Below are positions 9,449-19,778 of a stretch of 64,000 nucleotides of DNA, piece by piece. The translations under genes and the position numbers were made by a program. Each line of letters opens with the position of its first letter. Position 1 is the first letter of the stretch. The DNA comes from Thermodesulfovibrionia bacterium (GTDB lineage Bacteria; Nitrospirota; Thermodesulfovibrionia; Thermodesulfovibrionales; SM23-35): assembly GCA_041500225.1 (NCBI GenBank), contig JBGQLV010000003.1, positions 215 to 64,214 on the forward strand, read 5' to 3'. The notes beneath the pieces were generated by a model. That model saw only the letters and a program-made list of their open reading frames with translations, did no database searches and had not been told where the DNA came from.

Positions 9449-9991
9449 ATGTTTAAGATTATCCACAAAATGAAAGTAAGGGACGAAAGAGGCTTTACCC
9501 TCATTGAATTACTCATAGTCGTGGCAATCATCGGCATCCTGGCTGCAATCGCAATCCCCGGCTATCTCGGAATGCAGGAGAGGTCGAGGAAGGGTGCGGT
9601 TATAAGAGCAGCCTCGGCAGCAGAACCGGATGTTCAGGGATGGCTTACCTCTGCAATGAAAGGTCTTCAAGCCGGCACGGGTATTCAGGGACAGTTAAGA
9701 GAGGTTGATTCTAACGGTGATGGAGCCGTTTCATCTCCTAGTGATCAGAATAATTATGATCTTGGCGTACGCATTACAGCGGGTACTTTGTGCACCCAGT
9801 ATATATCCGCAAAATATCAATTACAGAGTGAACAGTCTCCATGGTCAGCTAGTTCCGGGTCATTATGGGTTATTACACCAACAGCAGGAAAGATATCTTG
9901 TGAGGCTGGAGCCCTTTCCACGTCTATAATAATCACAGCTGAGGATTCGTCTGGGGCAGTAATTCATCGTAAGGTCCTCTATTCAGATTAA
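9449..9991 (+). CDS. Type IV pilin-like protein (prepilin N-terminal methylation domain)
   Basis: AAGGAGG lies 6 nt upstream of the ATG. The motif RGFTLIELLIVVAIIGILAAIAIPGY matches the class III signal and the hydrophobic helix. Confidence 0.8.
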   Translation: MFKIIHKMKVRDERGFTLIELLIVVAIIGILAAIAIPGYLGMQERSRKGAVIRAASAAEPDVQGWLTSAMKGLQAGTGIQGQLREVDSNGDGAVSSPSDQNNYDLGVRITAGTLCTQYISAKYQLQSEQSPWSASSGSLWVITPTAGKISCEAGALSTSIIITAEDSSGAVIHRKVLYSD

Positions 9992-10006
9992 TGGGATATT
10001 TGTTCG

Positions 10007-10036
10007 TTCAGGTTAGGGGAACTCCCCTAACCTGAA
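10007..10036 (+). terminator. Hairpin between the pilin gene and the downstream membrane-protein gene
   Basis: TTCAGGTTAGGGGA-ac-TCCCCTAACCTGAA forms a perfect 14-bp stem followed by TCCTTTCC. The U-tract is weak, so this could be a terminator or an attenuator. Confidence 0.45.
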
Positions 10037-10044
10037 TCCTTTCC

Positions 10045-11889
10045 ATGAAAACTAAAATCATACGAATTCTGAGCCCCCTTTCTTTCTTAATATTATTCTC
10101 CACATTTTTTTATATCTACCTTTCAGCATTAAACCTCTGGGATTATGACTTCTGGTGGCATGCCGCAACAGGAAGATACATTGTAACCGAAGTGCATCTT
10201 CCGGAAAAAGACCCCTTTTCTTTTACCTCAGCAATGGAAGAAAACAAGAATCCTTTTCCTGAAAGGGAAAACTTCTTTTTAAAACAATACTGGCTTGCAC
10301 AAATCCTTTTTTATATTATCTTTGATTATACAGGGCCAACCGGCATAATCTTTCTAAGAGCCGTAATTCTTTTTTTCACAGCAATAATCGTTTACTGGCG
10401 GTTGCAGAGGTCTGGGGTCAGCTTCTACATATCCTTTGTTTTTGTATTTATTTTTTTCATGATTTCGATGAAGTCTCTGGGCGAAAGGCCTGTTCTGTTT
10501 TCGATATTCTTCACTTCTGTCGTATTTTTCCTTCTCGAGGATTTCAAGGACAGAAAAGGCAAAACGTTGTTTTTGCTTGTACCTGTAATGCTTCTCTGGT
10601 CAAATATGCATGGCGCATTCATCCTTGGGGTAATCATTATCTCGGTATTCATGTTTGGCGAGATGATTAAGATATTTTTCAAAAAGAGCGGTCTTACGAA
10701 ACGAGAAATGAGGATTTTTTATGGCGCAACAGGTTTGGCGCTCATTTTTTCATTTATAAACCCTGCAGGTTGGGATGCCTTTTTTATGGCACTTTCACCC
10801 AAATATGATATATTCCTGAAAGGCATACAGGAATATCAATCACCACTTTATTTCTATATAAACAAGATTCGCACTCTTGATTATGCATACTTTACTATTA
10901 CCTTAATGTTCCCTGTGATATTGATTTTGAGGAATAGAAAGATTGAGTTAATACATCTAATACTCCTTTCTGGTTTTTTTGTTATGGGTTTAAGGGCTTC
11001 TCGGTATGGGATCTTTTATGCTGTTGTGGGTTCAATGATTATGGGGAAGGAGTTCAATGCCTTAATTAATGAGGTAGTTAAAAAAAGGGTCTCGGATGGA
11101 TTTAATAAAAAAATCGAATGTGGATTTGCTATTGCTGCCTTGATTTCCGCTTTGCTTTTTACCATCGGTTACTTTAAATATGAAAACCTCAAATTCGGGA
11201 TAGCAAATAGGAGCACCATCCCTGAGGCAGCAGTGAATTTTATTGAGACAAATAAAATACAGGGCAATATGTTTAATGATTACGGATTTGGAGGATATAT
11301 TACATGGAGACTTTATCCACGAAAGAATTTTATTGATTCTCGCGCATTGAACAGGACAGTAATGAATGAATATGGGTGGTTAGTCGATGCTACGAAAAAA
11401 GTTGAAGGGATTAAAACAACAAATGATAAAATTCCTTTATGGGAGACCCTGCTGAATCACTACAAGATAAACTTTGTTTTTATGTCCCTGATGGATGCAT
11501 TCGGCCAAGTTTTTCCATTGATACTTGAACTTGCTGAGAGCGATAAATGGGTACCAATTTACCTTGATCAGATGAGTGTTATATTTATTAAAAACACGGC
11601 TGATAATAGCTACATAATCTCAAGATTTAAAGTTCCTGAAGATGATGTTTATAATGTACTCATTGCTAAAAGTACAATTTTAGCAATGAGTGACAGAATT
11701 AATCCGAGGTACTTTATTTCCCTCGGCTATATTTTTTCGAAATCAGGCAGATACGATGACGCATTAAAGGCATATAAATATGCCTCTGAACGGTGGAAAG
11801 ATCCCGACCTTGAAAAGAAGATTAAAGAGATAGATGCAGAGATTGACAAGCAGAATACGTTGCCTAATAAAGGCACTAATAAAAAATAA
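10045..11889 (+). CDS. Polytopic membrane protein with a C-terminal soluble TPR-like region (possible GT-C-type glycosyltransferase)
   Basis: The protein is 614 aa. More than 10 hydrophobic segments occupy the first ~380 aa, and the C-terminal part is soluble (YDDALKAYKYASERW). The family was not recognised with certainty. Confidence 0.45.
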   Translation: MKTKIIRILSPLSFLILFSTFFYIYLSALNLWDYDFWWHAATGRYIVTEVHLPEKDPFSFTSAMEENKNPFPERENFFLKQYWLAQILFYIIFDYTGPTGIIFLRAVILFFTAIIVYWRLQRSGVSFYISFVFVFIFFMISMKSLGERPVLFSIFFTSVVFFLLEDFKDRKGKTLFLLVPVMLLWSNMHGAFILGVIIISVFMFGEMIKIFFKKSGLTKREMRIFYGATGLALIFSFINPAGWDAFFMALSPKYDIFLKGIQEYQSPLYFYINKIRTLDYAYFTITLMFPVILILRNRKIELIHLILLSGFFVMGLRASRYGIFYAVVGSMIMGKEFNALINEVVKKRVSDGFNKKIECGFAIAALISALLFTIGYFKYENLKFGIANRSTIPEAAVNFIETNKIQGNMFNDYGFGGYITWRLYPRKNFIDSRALNRTVMNEYGWLVDATKKVEGIKTTNDKIPLWETLLNHYKINFVFMSLMDAFGQVFPLILELAESDKWVPIYLDQMSVIFIKNTADNSYIISRFKVPEDDVYNVLIAKSTILAMSDRINPRYFISLGYIFSKSGRYDDALKAYKYASERWKDPDLEKKIKEIDAEIDKQNTLPNKGTNKK

Positions 11890-11966
11890 GGTAAGGATAG
11901 GACTGCGGGGACGGGGACAGATATAAATATCAAAATTCGAGATTTCTTTTAAAATAGTTTTTTAAA

Positions 11967-13787
11967 ATGGTGATCAATATGCTTTTGATTCCTACATCAA
12001 ATAAAAAACAGCTTATTATATTAGGTATCCTTGGGATTTTTTTTCTCGGTTTAGCCATTTATTCAAATGTTCTTCATGCCCCTTTTGTTTATGATGACAA
12101 AGGTGCGATTACAGAAAATGAAAAAATAAATAGCCTCTCGGAATCATTCACCAACTTATCGAACAATCGGTATGTTGGTTTTTTAAGTTTTGCTTTTAAC
12201 TATTCAGTGGGAGGTGTGAATGTTTTTGGTTATCACATATAAAATAATCTTATTCATATTATTAATGCTATCTTGGTTTATTATTTTATAATCCTTATTT
12301 TTAAAACTCCTAAAATGAGAGACTCACCGCTTTCAAAAGAGTTTATAGCCTTTTCGACTTCCTTTATATTTATTGCACATCCATTACAAACACAGGCTGT
12401 TACATATATTACTCAGAGGTTTACCTCTCTGACCACGATGTTCTACCTTATTGCTGCAGTCTTTTATCTGAAGGCAAGACTTAGCTCAAAGAGTAATGAG
12501 TCAAGACAATTTTTCCCCAATCTAAAATTTCTTGCATCATATCTTATATCCTTTATTTCAGCAATTCTTGCAATGAAGACAAAAGAAATTGCTTTGACAC
12601 TGCCATTTGCTATTGTCATGTGCGAATTATACTTTTTCGGATTAGATAATAAAAAATTAAGAAGGTTTGCATATCTGTTGCCCATGCTGATGACGTTATT
12701 GATAATCCCGTTAGGGACTCTTAAATTTAAAGAATCTTTAGGTGATATTGCGGCGGATGTTGACTATGTGTCAAGAGAAACAGCTAATATATCAAGGACT
12801 GATTATTTAATCAGTCAATTTAGGGTGATTATCACATATCTTAGACTGTTATTCTTCCCTGTTAATCAGAACCTGGACTATGACTATCCAATTTATAAAA
12901 CGATATTTTCCTTTGACATATTTTTGTCTCTTATCGTGATACTCTTCATTATTGCTATTGCTATCTGGACATATAAAAGAGCAAAGCTTGTATCTTTCGG
13001 TATCGCATGGTTTTTTCTTACCCTTTCTGTTGAATCAGGCATTATCCCTATACGCGACCTCATTAATGAACACAGGGTATATCTCCCTTCCATAGGTTTT
13101 TTTGTTACCTGTGTAGCAGCATTTGATCAGACTCTTTTGTCAAGGAAGATAAAGATTGGATTAGTCGTAATTTTGGTTTCCATACTGTCGCTATGTACTT
13201 ATAGCAGAAATAATATCTGGAGAGATCCACAAATATTATGGGAGGATGTTATTGCCAAGGCTCCTAACAATTCAAGGGCGTATAACAATCTCGGAGTTGT
13301 CTTTAAGGAGAGGAAAGAGTTTAAAAGAGCTATTGAACAGTTTGAGAAATCATTAAGAGCAAATCGGAACTATACCGCCGTCTATTATAATCTGGGGGAT
13401 GTTCAATATAGACTTGGAAATTATGAAAATGCTATTGTTTATTTAAAACAAGCCCTGACAGGTAAACTCGATCCACAGTTACATCTGGATATTCTAAACA
13501 AACTTGGAAGGACTTACAGTGCTATGGGACAGACTAAAAAAGCCATAGAAACATTCGAGGAAGCTATAAAATTATTTCCATCCTCGGTAGTTCTGCTTAA
13601 TAACCTTGGTGTTCAATACGTGAAAAATAATCAGATTGATTCTGCAATAAAGATATTCGAAAAAGCGATAAAGATAAGAGGGGAAAAGTATCTTTTAGAT
13701 AATCTTGCATTAGCATACACAAAGAAAGGAGATGAAGAAAAAAGTAGATTAATGCAGCAAAAGGCATTAGAATTAGGAAATAATTAA
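11967..13787 (+). pseudogene. TMTC/PMT-like membrane glycosyltransferase with C-terminal TPR repeats, interrupted by an in-frame TAA
   Basis: The ORFs 11967-12242 and 12273-13787 are in the same frame. The stop at 12240-12242 sits inside the conserved G-Y-H-x-x-N-x-L-x-H motif (GYHI*NNLIHIINAILVY). The C-terminus carries several TPR repeats (AYNNLGVVF, VYYNLGDVQ). Confidence 0.7.
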
Positions 13788-13874
13788 TGAATAATAATGT
13801 ATTATATATTAATTATTATAGGTTTTATTTAAGTTCCCTTTAGTATTTTTGACAAGTGTGAATGAAGACATACG

Positions 13875-14858
13875 ATGATAGAAAATTGGCTGAATAAAAA
13901 TGTCTTTGTAACTGGTTGTACCGGGCTTTTAGGCTCCTGGCTTACTGAGGAGCTCATAAACCTCGGGGCAAATGTAATATGCCTTGTGAGAGATTATGTT
14001 CCTCTTTCGAGGATTTATAAAGAGGGTCTTATAGATAAGATAAGCGTCATATCTGGGAGCTTAGAGGATTATTACGTTATTGAGAGGGCATTAAATGAGT
14101 ATGAAGTAGAGGTTATTTTTCATCTTGGAGCCCAGGCCATTGTTCCAATAGCAAATAACAATCCGTTCTCTACATTTGAATCAAATGTCAAGGGAACATG
14201 GGTTTTATTGGAAGCCTGTCGCCGTAATAGAAAGGTTAATAAAATACTTATTGCGTCCAGCGATAAGGCATATGGAGAGCATAAAATATTACCTTATACA
14301 GAAGAGATGCCACTTATTGGTAGAAATCCTTATGATGTCTCTAAAAGCTGCGCTGATTTAATTGCACAGATGTATTTTTACCATTATGAGATTCCAATCT
14401 GTGTAACGAGATGTGGCAATCTGTTTGGGGGTGGGGACCTTAATTTTAACAGAATCGTCCCTGGGACAATCCGATCCGTATTTTATAATGAAAGGCCGGT
14501 TATCAGAAGCGACGGTAAATATGTGAGAGATTATTTCTACGTTAAGGATGCAGCTAAGGTGTATATTCTTCTTGCAGAAAAGATGGATGATAGCAGCATT
14601 GTAGGGCAGGCTTTTAACTTTGGCAATGATACACCTATGACTGTTTTAGAAATAACTAATGAGATACTTTCCTTAATGAATCGTTTGGATTTAGAACCGA
14701 TCATATTAAATCAAGCAAAGGGTGAAATTCCGAGACAGTATCTTTCATCAAAAAAGGCAAGGGAAATGCTCCAATGGAAACCGACATTCTCTCTGAGAGA
14801 AGGACTTTTAGAGACAATCGAATGGTACAAGGATTATTTAACTCACATTAAGAGATAA
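13875..14858 (+). CDS. NAD-dependent sugar 4,6-dehydratase/epimerase (CDP-glucose 4,6-dehydratase-like)
   Basis: A Rossmann motif (VTGCTGLLGSWL) and the YDVSK catalytic motif are present. A glucose-1-phosphate cytidylyltransferase gene is nearby. Confidence 0.65.
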   Translation: MIENWLNKNVFVTGCTGLLGSWLTEELINLGANVICLVRDYVPLSRIYKEGLIDKISVISGSLEDYYVIERALNEYEVEVIFHLGAQAIVPIANNNPFSTFESNVKGTWVLLEACRRNRKVNKILIASSDKAYGEHKILPYTEEMPLIGRNPYDVSKSCADLIAQMYFYHYEIPICVTRCGNLFGGGDLNFNRIVPGTIRSVFYNERPVIRSDGKYVRDYFYVKDAAKVYILLAEKMDDSSIVGQAFNFGNDTPMTVLEITNEILSLMNRLDLEPIILNQAKGEIPRQYLSSKKAREMLQWKPTFSLREGLLETIEWYKDYLTHIKR

Positions 14859-14862
14859 AGGT

Positions 14863-15591
14863 ATGGAAGAATCCTATGCATCACAGTATCATGAATTAGA
14901 AGAAAATTATTGGTTGTTTCGGGGGAGGAGGGATATAATCTATAAATTGATAAAAGATTATAAAAGAGATACCGAAATCCTGGATATCGGCTGTTCTGTA
15001 GGTGCATTAATAGGATTCTTAAAAGGTCGAGGGTTTAAAAGGCTTCACGGTATAGATATTGATGAAAAGGCAATAGGAATCTGCAGACAAAAAGGAATTA
15101 TTGATATCCGTGTTGCTGATGCAGAGAAAACAGGGTTTAAAAATCAACAATTTGACATTGTTATAGCTTCTGATGTTCTGGAACATATTAAAGACGAAGA
15201 CAAAGCGCTTTTAGAATGGCATAGAATTTTAAAGTCAGGCGGTAAATTGATTGTATTTGTGCCTGCGTTTAAATTTTTATGGAGTAAACACGATGAAGTT
15301 AACCTTCATTACAGGAGATATTCTAAATCAAGCCTGATTGAAGTTTTAAAAAAAAATGGTTTTGGCATAGAAAGGATCTCATATTGGAATTTCAGTTTAT
15401 TTTTGCCGGCATGTTTAGTAAGGATTTCTCAGAGACTTTTATCAGGCAGCAGGAAAAGTCAGTTACCCGAGGTTAACATATTTTTGAATAAGACCTTAGA
15501 ATATATACTCAAGTTTGAGAATAGTTTTTTATCAGGTGGAATAAATCTTCCGGTAGGGATAAGTATCTTTGCCATAGCGAAGAAGATATGA
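14863..15591 (+). CDS. Class I SAM-dependent methyltransferase
   Basis: Motif I (ILDIGCSVG) and the post-I and motif II regions (DIVIASDVLEHI) are present. Confidence 0.8.
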   Translation: MEESYASQYHELEENYWLFRGRRDIIYKLIKDYKRDTEILDIGCSVGALIGFLKGRGFKRLHGIDIDEKAIGICRQKGIIDIRVADAEKTGFKNQQFDIVIASDVLEHIKDEDKALLEWHRILKSGGKLIVFVPAFKFLWSKHDEVNLHYRRYSKSSLIEVLKKNGFGIERISYWNFSLFLPACLVRISQRLLSGSRKSQLPEVNIFLNKTLEYILKFENSFLSGGINLPVGISIFAIAKKI

Positions 15592-16571
15592 GGAGGATTG
15601 ACTTACTCTCTATAGTTATTCCTTGTCATAATGAGGAAGAGGTTTTGCCGACAACCCATAAAAGGTTAAACAAGATACTGAATAGTCTACTCTCTATTAA
15701 ACGAATAGCAAATTACGAACTGGTCTATGTAGATAATGGATCAACAGATAATTCCCTGCTGATTTTAAAAGACATTTTTGCATCAGATCCACATACTCGA
15801 ATCATTGCCTTGAGGCGCAATTTTGGTTTTCAGGGCTCGATCTCTGCTGGCATGTTTCATGCTAAAGGAGATGCAGTTGTTACAATAGATGCGGATCTTC
15901 AGGATCCACCGGAAAAGATTGAAGAGATGATAACTTATTTTGAAGAGGGATACGACCTGGTCTTGGGTGTGCGAACAGATCGCTCTAATGATTCTTTTAT
16001 AAAGAGATTTTTATCGGAGAATTATTACAGATTAATGAGGTTGATGGGAGTTAATATAATATATAACCATGGAGACTTCCGGCTTATGGCAAAATCATTG
16101 GTACAGGAGTTCAACGCCCTTCCTGAGAGGAATCGCCTTATCAGGGCTATGATTTTACAATTAGAGTCGAGATATGCCACGGTGCTTTACAAACGGGAAC
16201 CGAGGAGGGCTGGGAGGTCTAAGTTCAGTATCACCTCGTTATTCTCACTCGGTCTTGATGGGATCGTTTCATTTACCTATTTCCCTTTAAGGTTAACATC
16301 TTTAATAGGCATATTAATATCCATTCTGACTCTTATAGCTGCATTCTGGGTTTTATATATCAAGATATTTACTGATAAGTTTATACCAGGATGGGCATCT
16401 ACTTTGTTGCCAATCCTGGCTTTAGGGGGGCTACAACTTTTTTTCCTCGGTTTAATAGGCGAATATATTGGGAGACTCTATATAGAGGTAAAACATAGGC
16501 CATTATTTGTTGTGAGAGAAGAACATAAACATGAAACCAATAGTGCAGGTTCTTCTGAGCATTCTGCATAG
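15588..16571 (+). CDS. Family 2 glycosyltransferase, polyprenyl-phosphate sugar synthase type (ArnC/GtrB-like) with C-terminal TM helices
   Basis: The motifs SIVIPCHNEE, VDNGSTD and DADLQDPPE are present, and two C-terminal hydrophobic helices follow. Confidence 0.85.
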   Translation: MRRIDLLSIVIPCHNEEEVLPTTHKRLNKILNSLLSIKRIANYELVYVDNGSTDNSLLILKDIFASDPHTRIIALRRNFGFQGSISAGMFHAKGDAVVTIDADLQDPPEKIEEMITYFEEGYDLVLGVRTDRSNDSFIKRFLSENYYRLMRLMGVNIIYNHGDFRLMAKSLVQEFNALPERNRLIRAMILQLESRYATVLYKREPRRAGRSKFSITSLFSLGLDGIVSFTYFPLRLTSLIGILISILTLIAAFWVLYIKIFTDKFIPGWASTLLPILALGGLQLFFLGLIGEYIGRLYIEVKHRPLFVVREEHKHETNSAGSSEHSA

Positions 16572-16587
16572 AGGTTGAGGGTATAAA

Positions 16588-17397
16588 ATGAAAGACATTC
16601 CTGTTGTCATATTAGCAGGTGGTTTTGGGACAAGGCTTAGAGAGCAAACCGAGTTCATACCTAAGCCAATGGTACCAATCGGCATAAAACCTATCTTATG
16701 GCACATTATGAAGATATATTCCTATTACGGATATAAACGTTTTATTATCTGCCTCGGATATAGAGGCGAAATAATTAAAGAATATTTTTTCCACTACGGC
16801 ATTAGAAATAGTGATTTTACAGTCAATCTTGGTAACCATGAAAACATTCGTGTTCATAATTTACATCGTGAAGATGATTGGGAAGTCACGCTTGCAGATA
16901 CAGGGCTGAAGGCCATGACGGGAGCAAGGATAAGACGGATCGAAAAATATATAGATACAGACAGCTTCCTCCTTACATATGGGGACGGCTTGGCCAATAT
17001 TGAGATAGAAAAGCTTGTAAATTTTCATATATCCCACGGGAAAATAGCTACGATCACAGGTGTGAGGCCACCATCGAGATTTGGTGAACTGATTACCGAA
17101 GGGGGGCGCGTTATTGAATTTGGGGAGAAACCTCAAGTCGGGAGTAGCATGATCAATGGCGGTTTTTTTGTATTCAATCGAGGGATATTCAGCTACCTAT
17201 CAGAAGATGATCAATGCACATTAGAAAGAGAACCATTGGAAAGGCTGGCAAAAAACGGAGAGCTTATGGTCTATCAGCACACCGGTTTCTGGCAATGTAT
17301 GGATACACTTCGTGATATGAATCTGCTTAATGAGTACTGGGAAAGCGGGGATGTTCCCTGGAAGGTCTGGGGAGAAAATGGAATCTTTAAGAAGTAA
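16588..17397 (+). CDS. rfbF: Glucose-1-phosphate cytidylyltransferase
   Basis: The motifs VVILAGGFGTRLREQTEFIPKPMVPIG and PILWHIMKIYSYYG are typical of RfbF/DdhA. Confidence 0.85.
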   Translation: MKDIPVVILAGGFGTRLREQTEFIPKPMVPIGIKPILWHIMKIYSYYGYKRFIICLGYRGEIIKEYFFHYGIRNSDFTVNLGNHENIRVHNLHREDDWEVTLADTGLKAMTGARIRRIEKYIDTDSFLLTYGDGLANIEIEKLVNFHISHGKIATITGVRPPSRFGELITEGGRVIEFGEKPQVGSSMINGGFFVFNRGIFSYLSEDDQCTLEREPLERLAKNGELMVYQHTGFWQCMDTLRDMNLLNEYWESGDVPWKVWGENGIFKK

Positions 17398-18361
17398 AGT
17401 AATCCTGGTGACTGGTGCTAACGGATTTATTGGTTCTCATCTCACAAGAAGGCTTCTTGAAGAAGGAGCAGAAGTCCATGTCTTATTGAAAAAAGATTTT
17501 AATCAATTCAGAATAAAAGATATCCTTAAGAACCTTACCTTATGGTATGGAGATCTGAGGAATTTTCAATCAATATGTTCTTGCATAAAAAGTTCAAGAC
17601 CACAGATTATTTTCCACCTTGCTGCCCTTCTGAATGTTAGCAGGGCTTCAGAGTTAATTGAATCCATGATTGATGTAAATATTAAAGGCACACTAAATCT
17701 TTTGAGGGGAGTTATTAAAGAAAATATAACCTTGGAGTTTTTTATTAATACTGGGAGCTCAGAGGAATACGGTAACGGTCCCGTTCCATTCAGTGAAGAT
17801 CAGAGAGAGATACCTGTTTCTCCTTATTCGGCCAGTAAGGTTGCAACGACCTATTTTTGTCAGATGATTTATAGAAGTATGGGTTTACCAATAGTTACAC
17901 TACGCCCTTTTCTGGTCTATGGACCTGATCAAGATACTGATATGTTTATCCCCTCCCTCATTCAACACTGCCTTGAAGGAAAGGATTTTCCAATGACAGA
18001 AGGAGATCAGACAAGGGAATTTAACTATATAGATGACATCGTTGAGGCTTACCTTCTTGCTGTAATCTGCCCGCAGGCAGTGGGAGAGGTCATAAACATT
18101 GGCAATGGTATTGAATACACGATTAGGGATGTAGCAGAAAAGATTGTGCATATGATGGGAGATCCTATAAAGTTACTTGTCGGAGCCTTACCAAAGCGAC
18201 CTGGAGAGGCAAAACATTTTTTCTGTAACAATGAAAAAGCGAGGAAGCTTCTTGGATGGTCTCCAAAGATTAACATAGATGAAGGACTTGAAAGAACAAT
18301 TGATTGGTTTAAGGATTTCTTTTATAAAAACACAGGAAAAATCAAACTTTCAGATGCATAA
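17378..18361 (+). CDS. NAD-dependent sugar epimerase/reductase (SDR family)
   Basis: The internal ATG at 17378 has GGGGAG upstream. The motifs VTGANGFIGSHL and YSASK are present. The ORF-track start at 17330 overlaps rfbF more extensively. Confidence 0.8.
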   Translation: MESLRSKVILVTGANGFIGSHLTRRLLEEGAEVHVLLKKDFNQFRIKDILKNLTLWYGDLRNFQSICSCIKSSRPQIIFHLAALLNVSRASELIESMIDVNIKGTLNLLRGVIKENITLEFFINTGSSEEYGNGPVPFSEDQREIPVSPYSASKVATTYFCQMIYRSMGLPIVTLRPFLVYGPDQDTDMFIPSLIQHCLEGKDFPMTEGDQTREFNYIDDIVEAYLLAVICPQAVGEVINIGNGIEYTIRDVAEKIVHMMGDPIKLLVGALPKRPGEAKHFFCNNEKARKLLGWSPKINIDEGLERTIDWFKDFFYKNTGKIKLSDA

Positions 18362-18499
18362 ACATCAAATTGAGCACGGCTTGTTTAATTAAGAATCAAG
18401 GGCCTATCCTTGCGGATATTATAAGAATCTTGGAATGGTGAGTATTATAAAAAGAAGATGGTATAATAGATTTGATAACAAATAAGAAAGGAGTCAGAA

Positions 18500-18925
18500 A
18501 TGAATAAAAAAGGAATTACCTTAATTGAACTTTTGATAGTCATAGCAATAATTGGTATCCTCGCCGCTATAGCTGTTCCTGCCTATATTGGCCAGCAGAA
18601 GAATGCTGCAAGGACAGAGGCATATAGTAATCTCCAGAATTTAAGACTACTTGAAGAGCAGTATTATGCTGAGAATAGCTGTTATTATAGAGAAGGAAAC
18701 CCGTTAACCTGTACAAATAAAAATATACCAAATGTGGCCAGTATTCAGGCATTTCTCCCTGGATTTAAGCCAGGAGATGAAGCATCTTTGAACTTCACTT
18801 ATTCCATAACAACAAGTGGGACATCCGCTGCTTCAGCCTTTACTGCCACTGCAACAGGAAAAACTGGAAGAAGGGTAGCAGGAGATATTTTCACCATAGA
18901 CAATAATAACAACAGAAACTTCTGA
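18500..18925 (+). CDS. Type IV pilin-like protein
   Basis: An AAGGAG SD is present, and KGITLIELLIVIAIIGILAAIAVPAY is a prepilin methylation motif. Confidence 0.8.
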   Translation: MNKKGITLIELLIVIAIIGILAAIAVPAYIGQQKNAARTEAYSNLQNLRLLEEQYYAENSCYYREGNPLTCTNKNIPNVASIQAFLPGFKPGDEASLNFTYSITTSGTSAASAFTATATGKTGRRVAGDIFTIDNNNNRNF

Positions 18926-19106
18926 GGTGTTTCCTTGTTAGCGTTAAACCAGCCAGCAGCCTCCTCAGCCGCTTGTTATACGACTATGCGATAAATCACA
19001 AGTAATGTACTCTACTATAACTGCAAGTCCAGTTTCAGAAAATGTGCCTCTTCCAGCAATTTTACCGTTACTCAACCCCTCAGCCGAAATGTGTTAAGCT
19101 ATTTAG

Positions 19107-19220
19107 ATGTTCATGAAGGAACTTATAATCGAGGGCGCCCGACAAAATAACCTTAAAAACATTAACCTCAGTCTTCCTCATAACAAGGTCATAGCAATAA
19201 CAGGCGTATCCGGCTCAGGA
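19107..19220 (+). pseudogene. Duplicated 5' fragment of the UvrA-family gene (first ~38 codons only)
   Basis: The segment is nearly identical to 21741-21854 ([38 protein letters not shown]). Homology stops inside the Walker A motif. Confidence 0.85.
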
Positions 19221-19753
19221 GCACAAAAAAAGTTGATAAAACATCCTTTCTCTCAGCTACCCATGCCACGGATTCTACATGAATAGGATATATCCCAAAT
19301 AAAAGCGCAGCTACCGAAGCCGCAATAATGTTCCCTGTAGCGGTTTTGTAGTTAGTTTCAGAAAATGAAGATTTGGCTAATCTGACATTTGTGAGTAAGT
19401 ACACTATCAATATAAATAAAAGGAAGGTATTAACGCTGTGAAAAATTATGTTTGTTAAAATGATGCCCTATCGGGTTTAGTCCCCATAAAGCATAGTCAA
19501 TTGAATGTGAGAGCAGGGTAAGAGGATGCCAGTTTAATATCTGGAAGCCGAAGCTCCACTTCAAAAGCTTGAAATCGATGGAACGGATATGTTCGTTTTC
19601 ATAAACATATTTGTCATCGTCCCAGTTAACAAAATCATTCTGAAGGGCAGGAAGATATATAATTAAGGTTAATGCAGCAATCCAAAAAGCTGTTGCCCAT
19701 ACCTTGGTACTTGAGAAAGTCCCCTCTTTTATGTGAAGAAAGTTTAAAAGCAC
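19189..19753 (-). pseudogene. TMTC/PMT-like glycosyltransferase N-terminal fragment, frameshifted and 3'-truncated
   Basis: ORF 19430-19753 ends ...NPIGHHFNKHNFSQR*. Shifting one nt at the homopolymer 19457-19460 restores GHH-LTNIIFHSVNTFLLFILIVYLLTNV, which continues into ORF 19189-19410 ([19 protein letters not shown]). The gene ends at the junction with the uvrA fragment. Confidence 0.75.
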
Positions 19754-19778
19754 AGAGAACTTTTCTTGTTCTTTATTT

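Noticed and set aside
18399-18413. A sigma54-like element (aGGgcC-N5-TTGC) upstream of the second pilin gene
   Set aside because: Three of the six -24 box positions mismatch. I mention it only as a weak companion to the better site at 9306-9321.
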